Assembly: GCA_036172245.1 (NCBI GenBank)
Contig: JAYWIR010000023.1
Span: 2,294,001-2,358,000, forward strand
Reading direction: 5' to 3'
Length of the DNA: 64,000 nucleotides
Source: Raillietiella orientalis
Lineage: Eukaryota
A model generated the notes under the pieces. That model worked only from the letters and a program-made list of their open reading frames with translations, made no database searches and was not told the origin of the DNA. This document shows, piece by piece, positions 1 through 11,288 of this stretch (position 1 is its first letter; each line of letters begins with the position of its first letter). The translations under genes and the position numbers were made by a program.

Positions 1-1671
1 TGAACGCTGTATTCAATAGAAGGCAAAAACATAAGCTTCCATTGCTAATTTAGCTGAGGTGAAATATCGGATTTTGTCTCAACGCACATCGGGAATTTTT
101 GTTTACTCAGCATATTGACTTTTTGTGGCTGTTGATCACGTCCGCACGCTTTGTCATTAAGACGTGGCAACCCTGCGAGTTCTTCTATTGAAATTATGCC
201 ACCTTGCTCATTTCGCGCTTCTTTCGTCTTCAGGCTATTTGGTAGACTATTTCCCCATTCTGTTCAGGTACCGAACCGTTTTCGACGAAAGCTCGAAATA
301 TCTTTCCTGCCGAGCACCTTTTTAACGGAAAGGAAAAAAACGTGGGTACACCGCCATTCAAAAAGTGTACAATATACGTTTTAAAGATTGACTTCATCTC
401 GAGCTGGAGAGCTTACTAGACGTGTTATAAAGACACTGCATTATTCTTATTTTGCATCGAAACATATTCAAGAATTATCACAGCATAGGATATCCAAAGA
501 ATACGTGATGATTAAAAAAAGGATCGGAAAGAAAAAGGTTCTGATCTGTTTTGTGTCGCTTGCGCGCAGAATCGCGAAAACTCGATGAACGGAGAATAAG
601 AAATAGAATTCGGATAAATCTACGAATCCTCACTCTTCCATGCTGAAGGACGGCTCTGTCGATTGGGTGCATGTGCTCATGGAGTGGTTGAGGTTCCCTC
701 TATTGTTCCGCACAGCACAGCACAGCACGACCGGTGTCCCGCTGTGCTTACGGAAACTTCATAGAGGATTCGATCGCTGGTTTCAACAAGAATCCCCTCT
801 GCACCTCAGGAATTTTTGAGCCGGTTTCGGTTTTCGAAGCAGCATCCCTTTCCGCAGATCATGTACAGGAGAACAGTCTCAAGGTATGACCGAAGAAACG
901 ACACACGAAGTCGCGGAGTCACACCTCACAATCTTGTCGTCCATATACTTAAAACTGCCGGGAAAAGTGCTGCACTATGCACCAAAGACGGGTAGGTAGC
1001 CTCGGGCGCTTGTTTTTAAACGAACGATCCTTATACCTCCAACGAATTTCCAAGTTTTTTTTTTTTTCCAAGGAGATCGCCTGCGCATTTCATGGCTTCT
1101 AAGCCGATAGATACCACTGATGTTTTCCGACGTAAACAGTATCTTCCGGTCCACGTTTAAAATACTTTCCATTGAAAAGTCGCCTTCGAAGAGACCATCA
1201 CCAGGATCAGGAAGTCAGGGTTATGAACGTTATCTTAGATCTTTGATGGAACCTTAAAATCGCAGAGATTCTTAAGTGGTCGAAGAATTAAGGTAGCACT
1301 TCCAGTGTCACATTCGTCATTCTCAGTGGCGGATAGCAGCAACCAGTCCTTCGATTTGAACCTTCTACTTCTTCCTTGAGGAGTTCACTGTGACTTCGCT
1401 TAAAAGTCTTCTGAGATGATTTCGCCCATCGAAAGGAAGATATGTATTTCTGGACACACGTAGGCAATCCACACAAATCGGTTGCTCAGGTGCCGAAATG
1501 ACGTCGGCCGAGCACGCGAAGATCGGTCTTGCGTGATCTTGCGTGCGGTTCCAGAAGCAGGCAACAGGCGGCAGCAGTTGCTGATCCCGTTTACAGATGT
1601 GGCTGCATTTCCCACGTGAGAGCGGTTCGGGGCACTGTTTCCAAGATGGCAACCGCGAAACAGAAGATACA

Positions 1672-2870
1672 TTATCTGTTCTATCTGTTTATTGAGACAA
1701 AGTAAACAACTGGGTGCAGCAGGCAGGATCCGGGGGGAAGGCGCAGCGCGCGCGAATCACTCTGTCCGGGCACGGAGAGTGAAATACCTGACATCGCCGC
1801 CACCTTGCAGCAAATCAAACCAACGCCGCCTGTCGATGGCTCTCCCCCAATTCGATGAAGCCGCAAAAAGAGCTCTTTCGGCACAGCCGCGTGAAATGGG
1901 GATCTCCACCGCAGCTGCAGCTGACCACCGCATCCCGGTGCGCTCCGCGAGCGTCTTGGCGACGCACGCCAAGCAAAGCACAGCGTGCACACTCGGTGCA
2001 CAGTTCCGCAGTGCACGAACACGACTGGGCTGTGCTGCTGGACGACGACTTCCTTCTGCAGAGAGTCGTGTTTCCGGACGGGGCGTCGGGGCCATTCCAA
2101 CGGCCGCAAGATGCGGAATCACGCGGATGATGCGGGGGTGGGGTGGGGTTGCCGGCAACCGCGTCGCACGCTTGCGCGCGCGGACGGGGCGCCGTTCGAA
2201 AGGGGGTGCGCAGACACGTGGGCGCCCCTTCGGGCTCTGCTGCGTGCTGCCATCGGGCTATGGCACGCAGCAGGCTGGAGTGGATGTGTTGGTGTCGGGG
2301 CTTCGCGGTCCGGGCGAAGCGCGCGGGCTGGATGCAGCGATCTGTGCGTCTCACGCTGCGAGGGAGATGCGCAGTCGAAGATTCTGTGGAGGAGGGTGGG
2401 GGATCTCCCGAGACGGAACGATCGGTCGATCGCCACAGTCTCGCCGGCTGACTCGGGTCGTACTCTTCCCCGTAAGGACACGTGAAAGGCATTGTGTATG
2501 GAACGATCCCGTAGTGGAACGGATCGCGACCTGTTGTGGAAGCAAAGGATGCGTGCAGCAGGATGATCGTACCGGATTTGCTGCAGCGCACGGGAACGGA
2601 AGCGGATTCGAGTTTAGACGTCGTCTCGGCGACAGGAGGTGCCCACTTGAAGCTCGGTCGTTGCCAAATCGATTACGTAGAGGGAGAGCTTCCACTGTTT
2701 GCAAATTTATTACGTAACCAAAGTGAAGACGTCTCGATGAATCTGCGCGCCATCGGGCATGTGCAGCTCATCAGCTGGCATCATGGGATGCACGCGTTGT
2801 CGACACTGTTTGATCCCGTCTCAACGCCTTTGTAAATCTCTGCGCGCCTTACGCTGCTCCCACTCTTCAC
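1672..2870 (-). mobile_element. Decayed RTE-like non-LTR retrotransposon, 3' part
   Basis: Frameshifted minus-strand translations resemble RTE ORF2 C-terminal blocks: HQHIHSSLLRAIARW (cf. FH.RCLR.IL...W) and NWGRAIDRRRWFDLL (cf. W...A.DR..WR). Ends in AATAAA plus an ACAGATA doublet at ~1672-1693, typical of a LINE 3' end. Boundaries approximate. Confidence 0.4.
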
Positions 2871-3349
2871 ACCAATATCATTTTCTGTCCGTCTTTCCGC
2901 GAAAGCCGAAGGATAGAACAGCATGCATTTGGAAATCTCAACATTTCCTTGAATTTATGAACAGTAGGGCAAGCAAATGAACATCCGATAAGGCACTTTG
3001 TAGCAAATGAGTATTAATGACGATAAGGCACTGTAAGAGAAATTTCGAATGATACAAATTCGCATCATTAATGTACGTAGTCCAATAATTTCAGCATGGC
3101 AGGAAAATGCACATTATTTTAATCTGAAATACCCGAGAGTAGCTCGACAAGTTGGAGTTTTCGGAGATGCGACTTTCAAGTTTGTGCCGACGAGAAACCG
3201 ACATGCAGCTCCTTGCACAATTGGTCAACAAACCGCAGGCGTATCTAATGGGAAGCATCTCTTAACATTCTCTCCGAGATGCTCGCAGTCCATCGTTTGC
3301 TTTCATTCCTCAAAATTCTTTTACAGTCCTTCACAGCTGCTGTAGCTTT

Positions 3350-5460
3350 AGTGATATATCTTCACAAGAGTTGGTAGTCCAACGTGGGTTTTTGGAATAC
3401 GAGATGCATATAAAACTTTACGAGTCCGGATTTGTGAGCAGAACTTTATAAGTGTACTTCCGGAACACTTTTGTGACTGGCACGGTCGAAGCGTCCACAG
3501 TCTTCGCGTCCCAACGAGTGAGGTGTAGGGAATCCGCGAATCCACAGTTTAGGAGCAGAGTGAGACCAGTCTTCTACGCACCCAAATGGCTGATTCTGTA
3601 AAGTACCTGGACCATTCTAATTCCAATCCACATTTAAGTGTCCGAATCTCCATATCATCATCTCTAAAGATATTTTCGTACTTATAATCCCCATCAGTAT
3701 TTCAGAACAGGAAGAGTGGCTGGTTGAACATTTGAGACTCTCTGTGTGGAAGGTTGATGGGAATAAATTTTCCAAGACTTCTGTGGATTTTCTAGCTCGA
3801 GGCATCATCGAAGATGCCGCACTTCACATTCAACTCTCTCATTAACTGCTTTCAAATTTTGCATCCATGGGTGTTTCTTGATTATAGTACAAATTCAACC
3901 GAAAAATAATAAACTTTTCTGAGTGCTCATCAGCATTCATCTTGGGTGCGGGCGGGCTTCCTCGTACCACCATGACAGCAGCAGAAAGAGAACTTCGTGT
4001 CTCAGTTCAGATCTCATAACTAACACTTGAAATTTCGTTCCATGATTCTGGGTGTTGCTATGATCATGCACTTTGCATTTTGGGCTGCCCCAACTCTTTG
4101 CTGATCTTTGTTTTGACACCTGCAATTTCCAGCTCGGAATTTTCAATATTTTAGATAGTCGCGTCTGCATCCCTCTTATTATTTGGATGCGCATGCAAAG
4201 AACCGTTTAATCTTTCCTGCAGCTTATCATACTGTTTTATCGCTGTGGAGAAGAATAATGGAGCTACTCTGAATGAATGAGCCCCAGCTACATTCCAATT
4301 TCGAGTTGAACAGGGGGCGAAGTAAAGCAGGGAAGATTATCCTAGGTCGACTGCTTTTCTACGCTCCCACTTTTTGCTACATCTCTGATCTTGATCACCC
4401 TGCAGCCCGAATCCTTGCCTTCGAATTCCCCGTTGAGTTTTCTGAATCCTGAAGAGGCCATTTCGTTTACTTTTAACAAGCCAACAAGTTTCTCTCACTC
4501 CATTAATCATTGTCACTTTCCCCACGTTCCGTCATTGATTAGGCGATTTGCATCCGAAAGACCTACGCGATCCCAGATGTAAAACAGTCATCGAAGCAGT
4601 CACCTAGAAGCTGGAGGCCGTTCACTTGCGCAGAGCACCCTCTGATTTTGTTTCGGATGAACGTGGACTGGATGATTCAAGTGAAAAGAATCAGACGCAA
4701 CTCTTGCTCTACCTTTAGCTGTTACGTTGCCACTTCTTGGAAGCTAACTGTCAGCATCTAACGAATGATGGAACGCCGATCCTTGGAGCTCAGCGAGGGG
4801 CTTCGTGTCTTGCAGATGACGTCATGCAGATGGCCAGTTTTAAAATGCCGTTCCACTTCGGTTTCCTCTCTGCATCAACTCATGTGGGAGTGCAGCACCG
4901 ATTCAGTAGATCCCAACATATGTAACTTGGCTGGAGTTTCAGACGTCTTGGTCCTCTGATGCTGAATGCTGCTGCCAATCATCAACAGCGCCTCCTCTGG
5001 ATCAGCCAGTCTAACTGGACTTGTGCTTTTCTTTCTTTCTTTCTCGCCATTTTCCTTCCGGCTTCCTTTGTTACAAAGCCACGTCTTCTGCTTTCACTGA
5101 AGAAAGGAGGCTGGAAAAGCCTGTCTCCGATTCCATCTCAATCACGATGCTCATGTGCCCTGCTCCAACTTGCCCGGTACTTTCCTGCCTCGCTGGAAAA
5201 TGCCATCGAGGCTTGCCGCATCTGGTGGAAAATCACCCTCTCACTCTTTGCCACGGAGCCTCAGAACCGAGTTCCTCCGTGGTCTCTCGCGCCTTTGGGC
5301 AGCATACTCCCCTACTTTATTTGAAGTCTCTGACTCGTCTCGATTTGAGTGAGCTGGCCACGCTGGCTTCGGCTCATGTCACCATGTTCCGTACATCTGC
5401 TTTCTTTTCGTTTTGTTCTTCCTAGCTTGACCATCTGAGCTCTTCGGAGCCTCGATCTCT
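3350..5460 (-). mobile_element. Highly decayed CR1/L2-like LINE (ORF1 to start of RT)
   Basis: Minus-strand blocks in the expected order: KSTEVLENLFPSTF (cf. KAE.LN.YFSSVF), HLNVDWN*NGPG (cf. LN..KS.GPD), then an RT-start-like segment. Many stops and frameshifts. Confidence 0.4.
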
Positions 5461-7635
5461 ACGGAGAGCAGAGCTCCGCGCTGCAGAGCGGTGGTTCACA
5501 TGTTTGCCAGCGCACGCATCCGCGCTTAGGAGGTCGGGGAGCAGGTTGGCAGCACTTCTCCACCTCGACCCGGAGAGAACTCCGAATGGACAGACGGTGA
5601 ATCATTGAATGCTACAGTCCGCTCCGGAAGAACAAAGTAGGGGAAACTAAGCAACGGGGTTCAACGCCTGCCCCTTGTATCTCCTGTGGCTCTACGCGAG
5701 CGGGGTTCGGTTGGCGCTGTTCCGCAAAGCGAAGTAGTCCTGGTTTTTGGGAAACGTGAAAGCGTTCATGGGATGGGTTTCCAGACAGAAGGGGAGAGAG
5801 ATCTCCGTTCCGATTTGCATCTGCATCCGATGCCCTGGATCCTGAGACAGACAAGAAAGGAAAAATTAACGCCCGGAAGTGGAGTTTTCAACCATGGACA
5901 TTACTCGAAGAGATTTTTAAGAAGAAACGGAAGAGAGCGCGGAAGTTCGCAGCGAGGGCGCTTTCATATCCAGCATCTGGACCCTGCGAGTGCATTTGGG
6001 CTCTGCTTAGGGAGAAGTTTCTTCCCATTCGAAACGAACGCTACGGGAGGGAGAGCAAAGCGTCGTCGTAAGGAACAGAAATGAAAACGAGGAGATCTGC
6101 GAGACTGTTCGAGATGAATGCTTTGAAAGGAGGATTCAGATCGGCTTTTCGGCAAGAAAGGCGGTGGGAGAACAGGAAGAGAACCCCGAGAGATAGAGAG
6201 AGAGAGGAAAGAAAAAACCAAGAAAAAATAAAAAAAAAAGGAGCCTGGTCGGGGATGGGCGCAACAAAAAAGAGAAGGAACGGGAAGGAAGCGCGCGATG
6301 CGGATTTTCGCGAGATGTTGCAATCCCCGAGCCTTCCTATCTGGCGGACGGAGACCATGAGGACGAGTCTCAGAACGTGCTGCGGCGTTTTGTGTTTCCA
6401 AACGTATACAGGGAGCCGTTCCGTTCTGCTCCCTGCCGTTCCCTTCTCCAGGACATTCGTCGCGCCTCCCTTTGCTGTAATCCTGGGTGAATCCATGATA
6501 ACTCGTGTGAAGGACCCGGCTGAATCAATGTTCCCTTGATTTAGGAGGGGGACAGACGCTATTCATGGAGTCGATATTTTAAGTAAAAATAGAAAAAGGG
6601 TTCTGGGAGTGACAACGTTTGCTCTTGATCCTTACTGGGGAGCTAGAGGCAGAGAGGACGTAGCAGAGGAAGCAGATAAAAAATCTGTGCTATGATGTTG
6701 AAGAATCCATCTTTCTATGATGCGCAACGAGATCGGAACTGTGACGTTTTTTTTTTATTCTTTTTTCACCGAGAGAGGGGTAAAGGATAGAGATTCTCAG
6801 CATCGGACCTTTTTCGACCACGCGGCACTTCATATTTGAACTCTGCGTAAGACGGACTTGTTTGCACCCCCAGCAAGCGCAGGGGGAGGAGAGAGGGTGC
6901 ATCTTTTCCACAAGCACTCGAGTGCCATTGCAATGCCAGTCGCCAGCTTTTGGGACGCTGTGCGAGGTGACGCAGCACATCGCTCCCTCGATGGAATCGT
7001 CTGATGTCGCGCGGGGCTCTTCCGTGTGATTTCGATGCCGTCGAACCTACTTGCTGACACGAATTATTGGTCCTTGAGGCGTGTTCGCAGCGAAGCTCCC
7101 AGCCGTGCGTCTTCCGGGAGGAGGCCTTCGATTCAAGAACTTGTGGAAATCTGCAAATGCGTCCTTCCCGCTGCCGCCAGAGCCACCGAGCCCAGGAAAC
7201 GGCGTCGTCCCACGAGGCACTGCTCCCTCCCTCCCTTCTCCTGAGAGTCCCTGAGAACGGCGAGGTCTTCCTCGCTCACCTCGAACGCGACAGAGAAACT
7301 CCGCCTGCTTTCTAAACCGCAGTGTCACGCATGCATCTCGCAGCGGACGGGATTCAAATCCAGGAAATGTCACGTCTCGAGGTCTGACCTGTGCAACACG
7401 CCCTCGAGAGAGCCCGCTAACACTTCCTTCCTTGGATCGATTCCTTGCTCCAGCTTTGGAGTTCCGAAGCTCTCTTCGCAACTGCTCGGAAACGAGTCCG
7501 TCCTTCAGCAACCCGAGGATGGGGAAAACTTTCTGCACTCTTCTTACTTTCCTATCCGCCAGCACCGCCTCACAAGCTGCTCAAAGTTACACGCCGGCCA
7601 GTGGGCGAAGTGACAACCTCTTTGTCTCAACAGAT

Positions 7636-9919
7636 CACATGCGGTACCCCCCGGGGCTGCAGGTTAACGCCCCTTGCAAGCGTCCACAGTAGGGGAACAT
7701 TTGAAAAGTGCGTCAGCTTGCTTCCGGCTCCTCTCCCATTCTTGCCGATCAATAATAATGCAGGCTCCCCGACTTCACGCCGTCCCGGATTCCTTCAGCA
7801 CGCTTTCCCCGTTCCTCGAGGCGGTAGCAGAGGCGTTCCCCTGCTCCTGTTGCTGCCGCGTAGGGGAGCGCTGTCCGGCGCTCCCTTCGATCCTCGGAGC
7901 GTGGTGCTTCGCGCGCAGCAAGCCGGTGCGCCGCGGCAGGTAGGGCGGCGGTGACTCGCCCCCACGTCCTTTCGATCCGCGATACCTGGAACGAAAGGCA
8001 GCGAAACGGATGTCCACGGTAAATCCCCACGTAGTGTGTTGCCTACGAATGTATCTACACGCACCTGTGCACGCATCTGTAGGTGTTCGTCTCTCGGGGA
8101 ACACGCCGGTGCCCGCGTTGGCACCCCACAGCTTCTGCAGTCTCCGCTCGCGGCACCGAGCGTTGCGGGTTCGAAGCCCACCCGGGGGGCGATCGACTCC
8201 GAGAAATGGGCGCGTCGTGGGTTTCGAGTTGCTCCTGCAGAATGACGCTGGTTCACCTACGGGCTTCGGGTGCGGCGCTGGTTGACACCCGGTCATGCCG
8301 GAGCGTTTCTTTTTAAACCTCCATGTGTGTGGCAGGACGTTTGATCCTGCCACGTTACTTATGGATACGAACAGGAACGTGCCGGGATCTGGCACGCAGG
8401 CCAGCAGGGTGCGCTTCGGCAGCACGAGGGAAGGGGAGACAAACAAAAAGAGAAAAACGAACCAAAAAAACTGCAGTCGAAAAGGACGAAGGGGGGGGGG
8501 ATGTTCGGGAAGGTATCACTGTGTGTTGGAGGGCGCCCGCTGCATCCTCGTAAGGATGCCGGCAAGTTCCTGTTTTATGGTTCCCAGATGGGGTCATCTT
8601 GACGCTGTCCTCATGTAGAGAACAGCAAAATGGATGGCATCCATCCAGCATCATTCTGGTCTTTGCTCGAAGTTCCACGCGCGACCACGATCCCGCGCAG
8701 GCAGCACAGTGCTGCTAGGGATGCGGCCGGCGAGAGGGCGTCGCTCAGGAAGAGGCACTTTAAAAGGTTCCTGGCGTTGCCGTCGGGGGTTCCAAGGGCC
8801 GTGTCCAAGCGTCCCCAAAGGAGCCGGAGGGCAAGTTCTACGAGGAGGTGCGGGAAGGACTCCTGCTCCCCGCACCGTGCACAGTTTGGGTTCACACACA
8901 GTTTCCGGCCTCCACAGATGCCGGCGGGCATTGCACGGGAGGCACGAATGCAGTATCATGAACGCCGACTCCTGCCATTTTAAAGAGAGGGTGCGGCGGC
9001 ACTGGTGGAGGCCGGAAACCCCCGGATGACCCCGTTGACCGGCCGGGACGAGAAGTCGACGGTCCGGGGTCCTTCCAAGAAATCAAGGAGATGTTCGCCT
9101 CCGGTTTTTGAGAATGAAGACGCCTCCCCCCTCGGGGGGTTGTTGCCTCTCCGGAACGTCAAGAAGCGCGCTGTTCCCTTCGGGGTTGGAAGCTCCCTTC
9201 AGGGAAATCGGGAAGCGTCCCTTCGGGGTTCTCTTCGGAGGGGGAAAGGAGGAGCGATTCTCTCGCGGGTTCCCTCCGAGGAAGAAACGGGGGGGGGAGA
9301 CCCCCGCAAAGCGGAGGGTTTCATCTGGAGAGAATCAGGAAGAGTAGGTAGACGTAGGAGGAGTGCTTTCTGTCCTCCGGAGCCTTCCTGGCTTCACAGG
9401 GTGCCCCCTCCCGGGGTACCCCCTATAGCTTGAAGAGTCACACGCATCCTCGGGTGGTAAAGAGCCTCTTCAGCCCTACGAGGGCGAACGGTTCTTGATA
9501 CTCATAGGACTTCAAAAAGGGAGAAGGCCCGAAAGAAAAGAAAAGTGAAAAAAAAAAAAAAAAAAAAGCAAAGCTGGAAGGAAAACAGCGAAAAGAGAAG
9601 AATTTTCGCCATCTTCGGGAACGCGCATGAGCATTTGCAGGGCGATGTTTTGCGAGGAGAGACGTGGGGCGTCACGGCAGGCTGCGGTGGACGCGCATCG
9701 CCCTGGCGTTTCCCGAGTCTCCCGTCTCGAAACCGGGAGCGCGTGCTGCGCTGAAGATTCCGTCCAGCATCCGAGGGATCCGTTCATGCGAAAAGGATAA
9801 TCCACCTATTTCATGATCTATTCTTTCGCCATGTTTGTCCTTCAGCTTAGTGGACCCTTGCTGGGCTGCAGACTGGGTACTCTCGATCGCGGCGACGGGC
9901 AACCCTCTTGTCGCAACGG
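7636..9919. repeat. Copy A of a ~2.29 kb near-identical duplicated unit (putative non-autonomous mobile element)
   Basis: Direct match to 46189-48482, with about ten substitutions plus homopolymer length changes by eye. The ORF track also repeats (7674..7943 = 46227..46496; 8611..8931 = 47166..47486). Confidence 0.97.
8590..9520 (-). mobile_element. 5'-truncated L1/Tx1-like LINE ORF2 3' fragment inside the duplicated unit
   Basis: Minus-strand NCARCGEQESFPHLLVEL (zinc-knuckle-like) and ASLAALCCLRGIV are homologous to the 3' end of the RT-bearing copy at 31695-33450. Same fragment at ~47150-48070. Confidence 0.8.
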
Positions 9920-11008
9920 GTCACAGGTTGTCCACTGCAGAGTTAAACAGAATTTATGTTGCTAGAGGAGTTGTTTCCTTCCACCCAGCCAGTTGTCTCT
10001 CCAATGCTTTCGAACATTTTCTTAAAATGCTTGGAAGATGTGTTTTTCTTTTTTTCCCTTGCAAAATAACATCCACTCTATGAGATTTACGCTCCAGGTT
10101 TCTGAACTTCTTTCTGCAGGGTAAAAACGGAAGATCTGTCGGACGGGTTAAGAGGGCAGGTCCTCTGTGTTATCCGGTAGGCCAAGAGCTACCTTTAATC
10201 GTGATGTATGTAGCCGCTGGGTATTACGATTTACGAGGGATCCACTAGCCGATACTTTCTCCTCACCGTTGCCACTCACCTACCTTCAGCTCGAGGTTTT
10301 CTTGTTGTATTTTTAAGGAATCTAAGAGCTGCAGATTGTTTCCTCGCATGCCCATCCAAGGGTGTTGCTCTCTCCTCTACGTGTACCCACTCCACGGCAC
10401 TCTAAGTAGAAAACCGCGCTGCGAATGATTTGCAATCTGCTTCTGGATTCTTCCGGAGTACGCATAGTCTCCGATGAAGTTCGAGGAGGCAAGGGCACTC
10501 AGTCTGAGACATCTCAAAGAGAAAATTTGCTAAACTTTTCCCGCGGAATTTCTGCTGCCCACTGAAGAGAGAATTTCCACAATTTTTTAGTCTGGACTCA
10601 TTTTCTAAGGGTATCGGAACCTCAGCGAGTGTATGTGTGTGTTTGTTTGCTTCTGTCAGAGGGAGGAATTCTGGAATCCTCCACCGCGATCTTCTATCCT
10701 CCCCAAACGCCATTTCCTAGTCGTCAAGCAACAACAAAAAGACATGAGAGCAGATAAAGGCTCAAGAATTTATAAATTAAAGGCAGAAGTAATTCTGATC
10801 ATGAGGGCGGTTGTGTTGCGCTAAACATCCCATTACAAAGCACAAGAAGAAATTTTCATCTTATTAGATTCTTTGTGTCTTTTGGATCAGTTGTTTATTG
10901 GCATGCTCTGGAGCCATTTCATCTCCTCCACCCCGTTCCATTCCACCGAAAAGACTACCCTTTCCGGGTGCCAAAGTTGTCCCCATTGTGTACTCATTGC
11001 TCACTTCT

Positions 11009-11014
11009 TTTATT
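11009..11014 (-). terminator. Candidate polyadenylation signal (AATAAA) of the eclosion hormone gene
   Basis: Plus-strand TTTATT about 21 nt downstream of the TGA; a second one lies at 10894-10899. Confidence 0.45.
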
Positions 11015-11035
11015 GCATAGACATCAATGGGTACC

Positions 11036-11288
11036 TCATTCCTTTGATAAGAACGGGATAAGCGAGTCGGCATCTGTGCAGTCAGGTGTTAATTTGCCCT
11101 TTAGAAACAAGCAGGTGTCTGCACATAGCTGGCCATCGAAGAACTTTCCAAACAACTTCTGGCATTGAGCACAGTTTTCGATGCAAACTTTCACGTTTTC
11201 CTGGTACCCTTCTGTGATCTCGACCATCAGAATCACGAGGATTACCAAGCAGTGTATGCTTTTCTCCAGGGTGATGTCGTTCTTCCTC
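11036..11288 (-). CDS. Eh: Eclosion hormone precursor, main coding exon (signal peptide plus mature six-Cys peptide)
   Basis: Reads (x)RKNDITLEKSIHCLVILVILMVEITEG-YQENVKVCIENCAQCQKLFGKFFDGQLCADTCLFLKGKLTPDCTDADSLIPFLSKE*. This matches the EH pattern CI.NCAQC..(M/L)(F/L)G..F.G.LCA..C...KGK..P.C.D..S..PFL. Hydrophobic signal core present. Splice acceptor ttttcattgcAG at 11300-11289. An in-frame TAA just upstream means a full signal peptide needs its ATG from an upstream exon (phase 2). Confidence 0.95.

Noticed and set aside
2015..2062. HEHDWAVLLDDDFLL resembling a glycosyltransferase DxD motif
   Set aside because: Isolated motif without exon structure; the opposite strand is better explained as an RTE-like remnant.
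8140..8192. tRNA-like T-loop (GGTTCGAAGCC); similar words near 7348 and 50821
   Set aside because: No acceptor stem or D arm; at most a SINE-like relic, so no tRNA is called.
9430..9500. HDV-ribozyme-like words (TCCTCGG...GGCGAA) and a hairpin shared with ~22955-22997
   Set aside because: P1/P3 do not form canonically, and the shared sequence is explained by common descent from LINE ORF2 on the opposite strand.
9725..9795. Hammerhead-like CTGAAGA...GAAA in the duplicated unit (similar words near 19405, 24763 and 35906)
   Set aside because: Stems I-III and the NUH cleavage site cannot be formed with the required geometry.
7636..9919. Helitron, MITE or Transib interpretation of the duplicated unit
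   Set aside because: No terminal inverted repeats, no TC...CTRR ends shared by both copies, and no identical target-site duplication.
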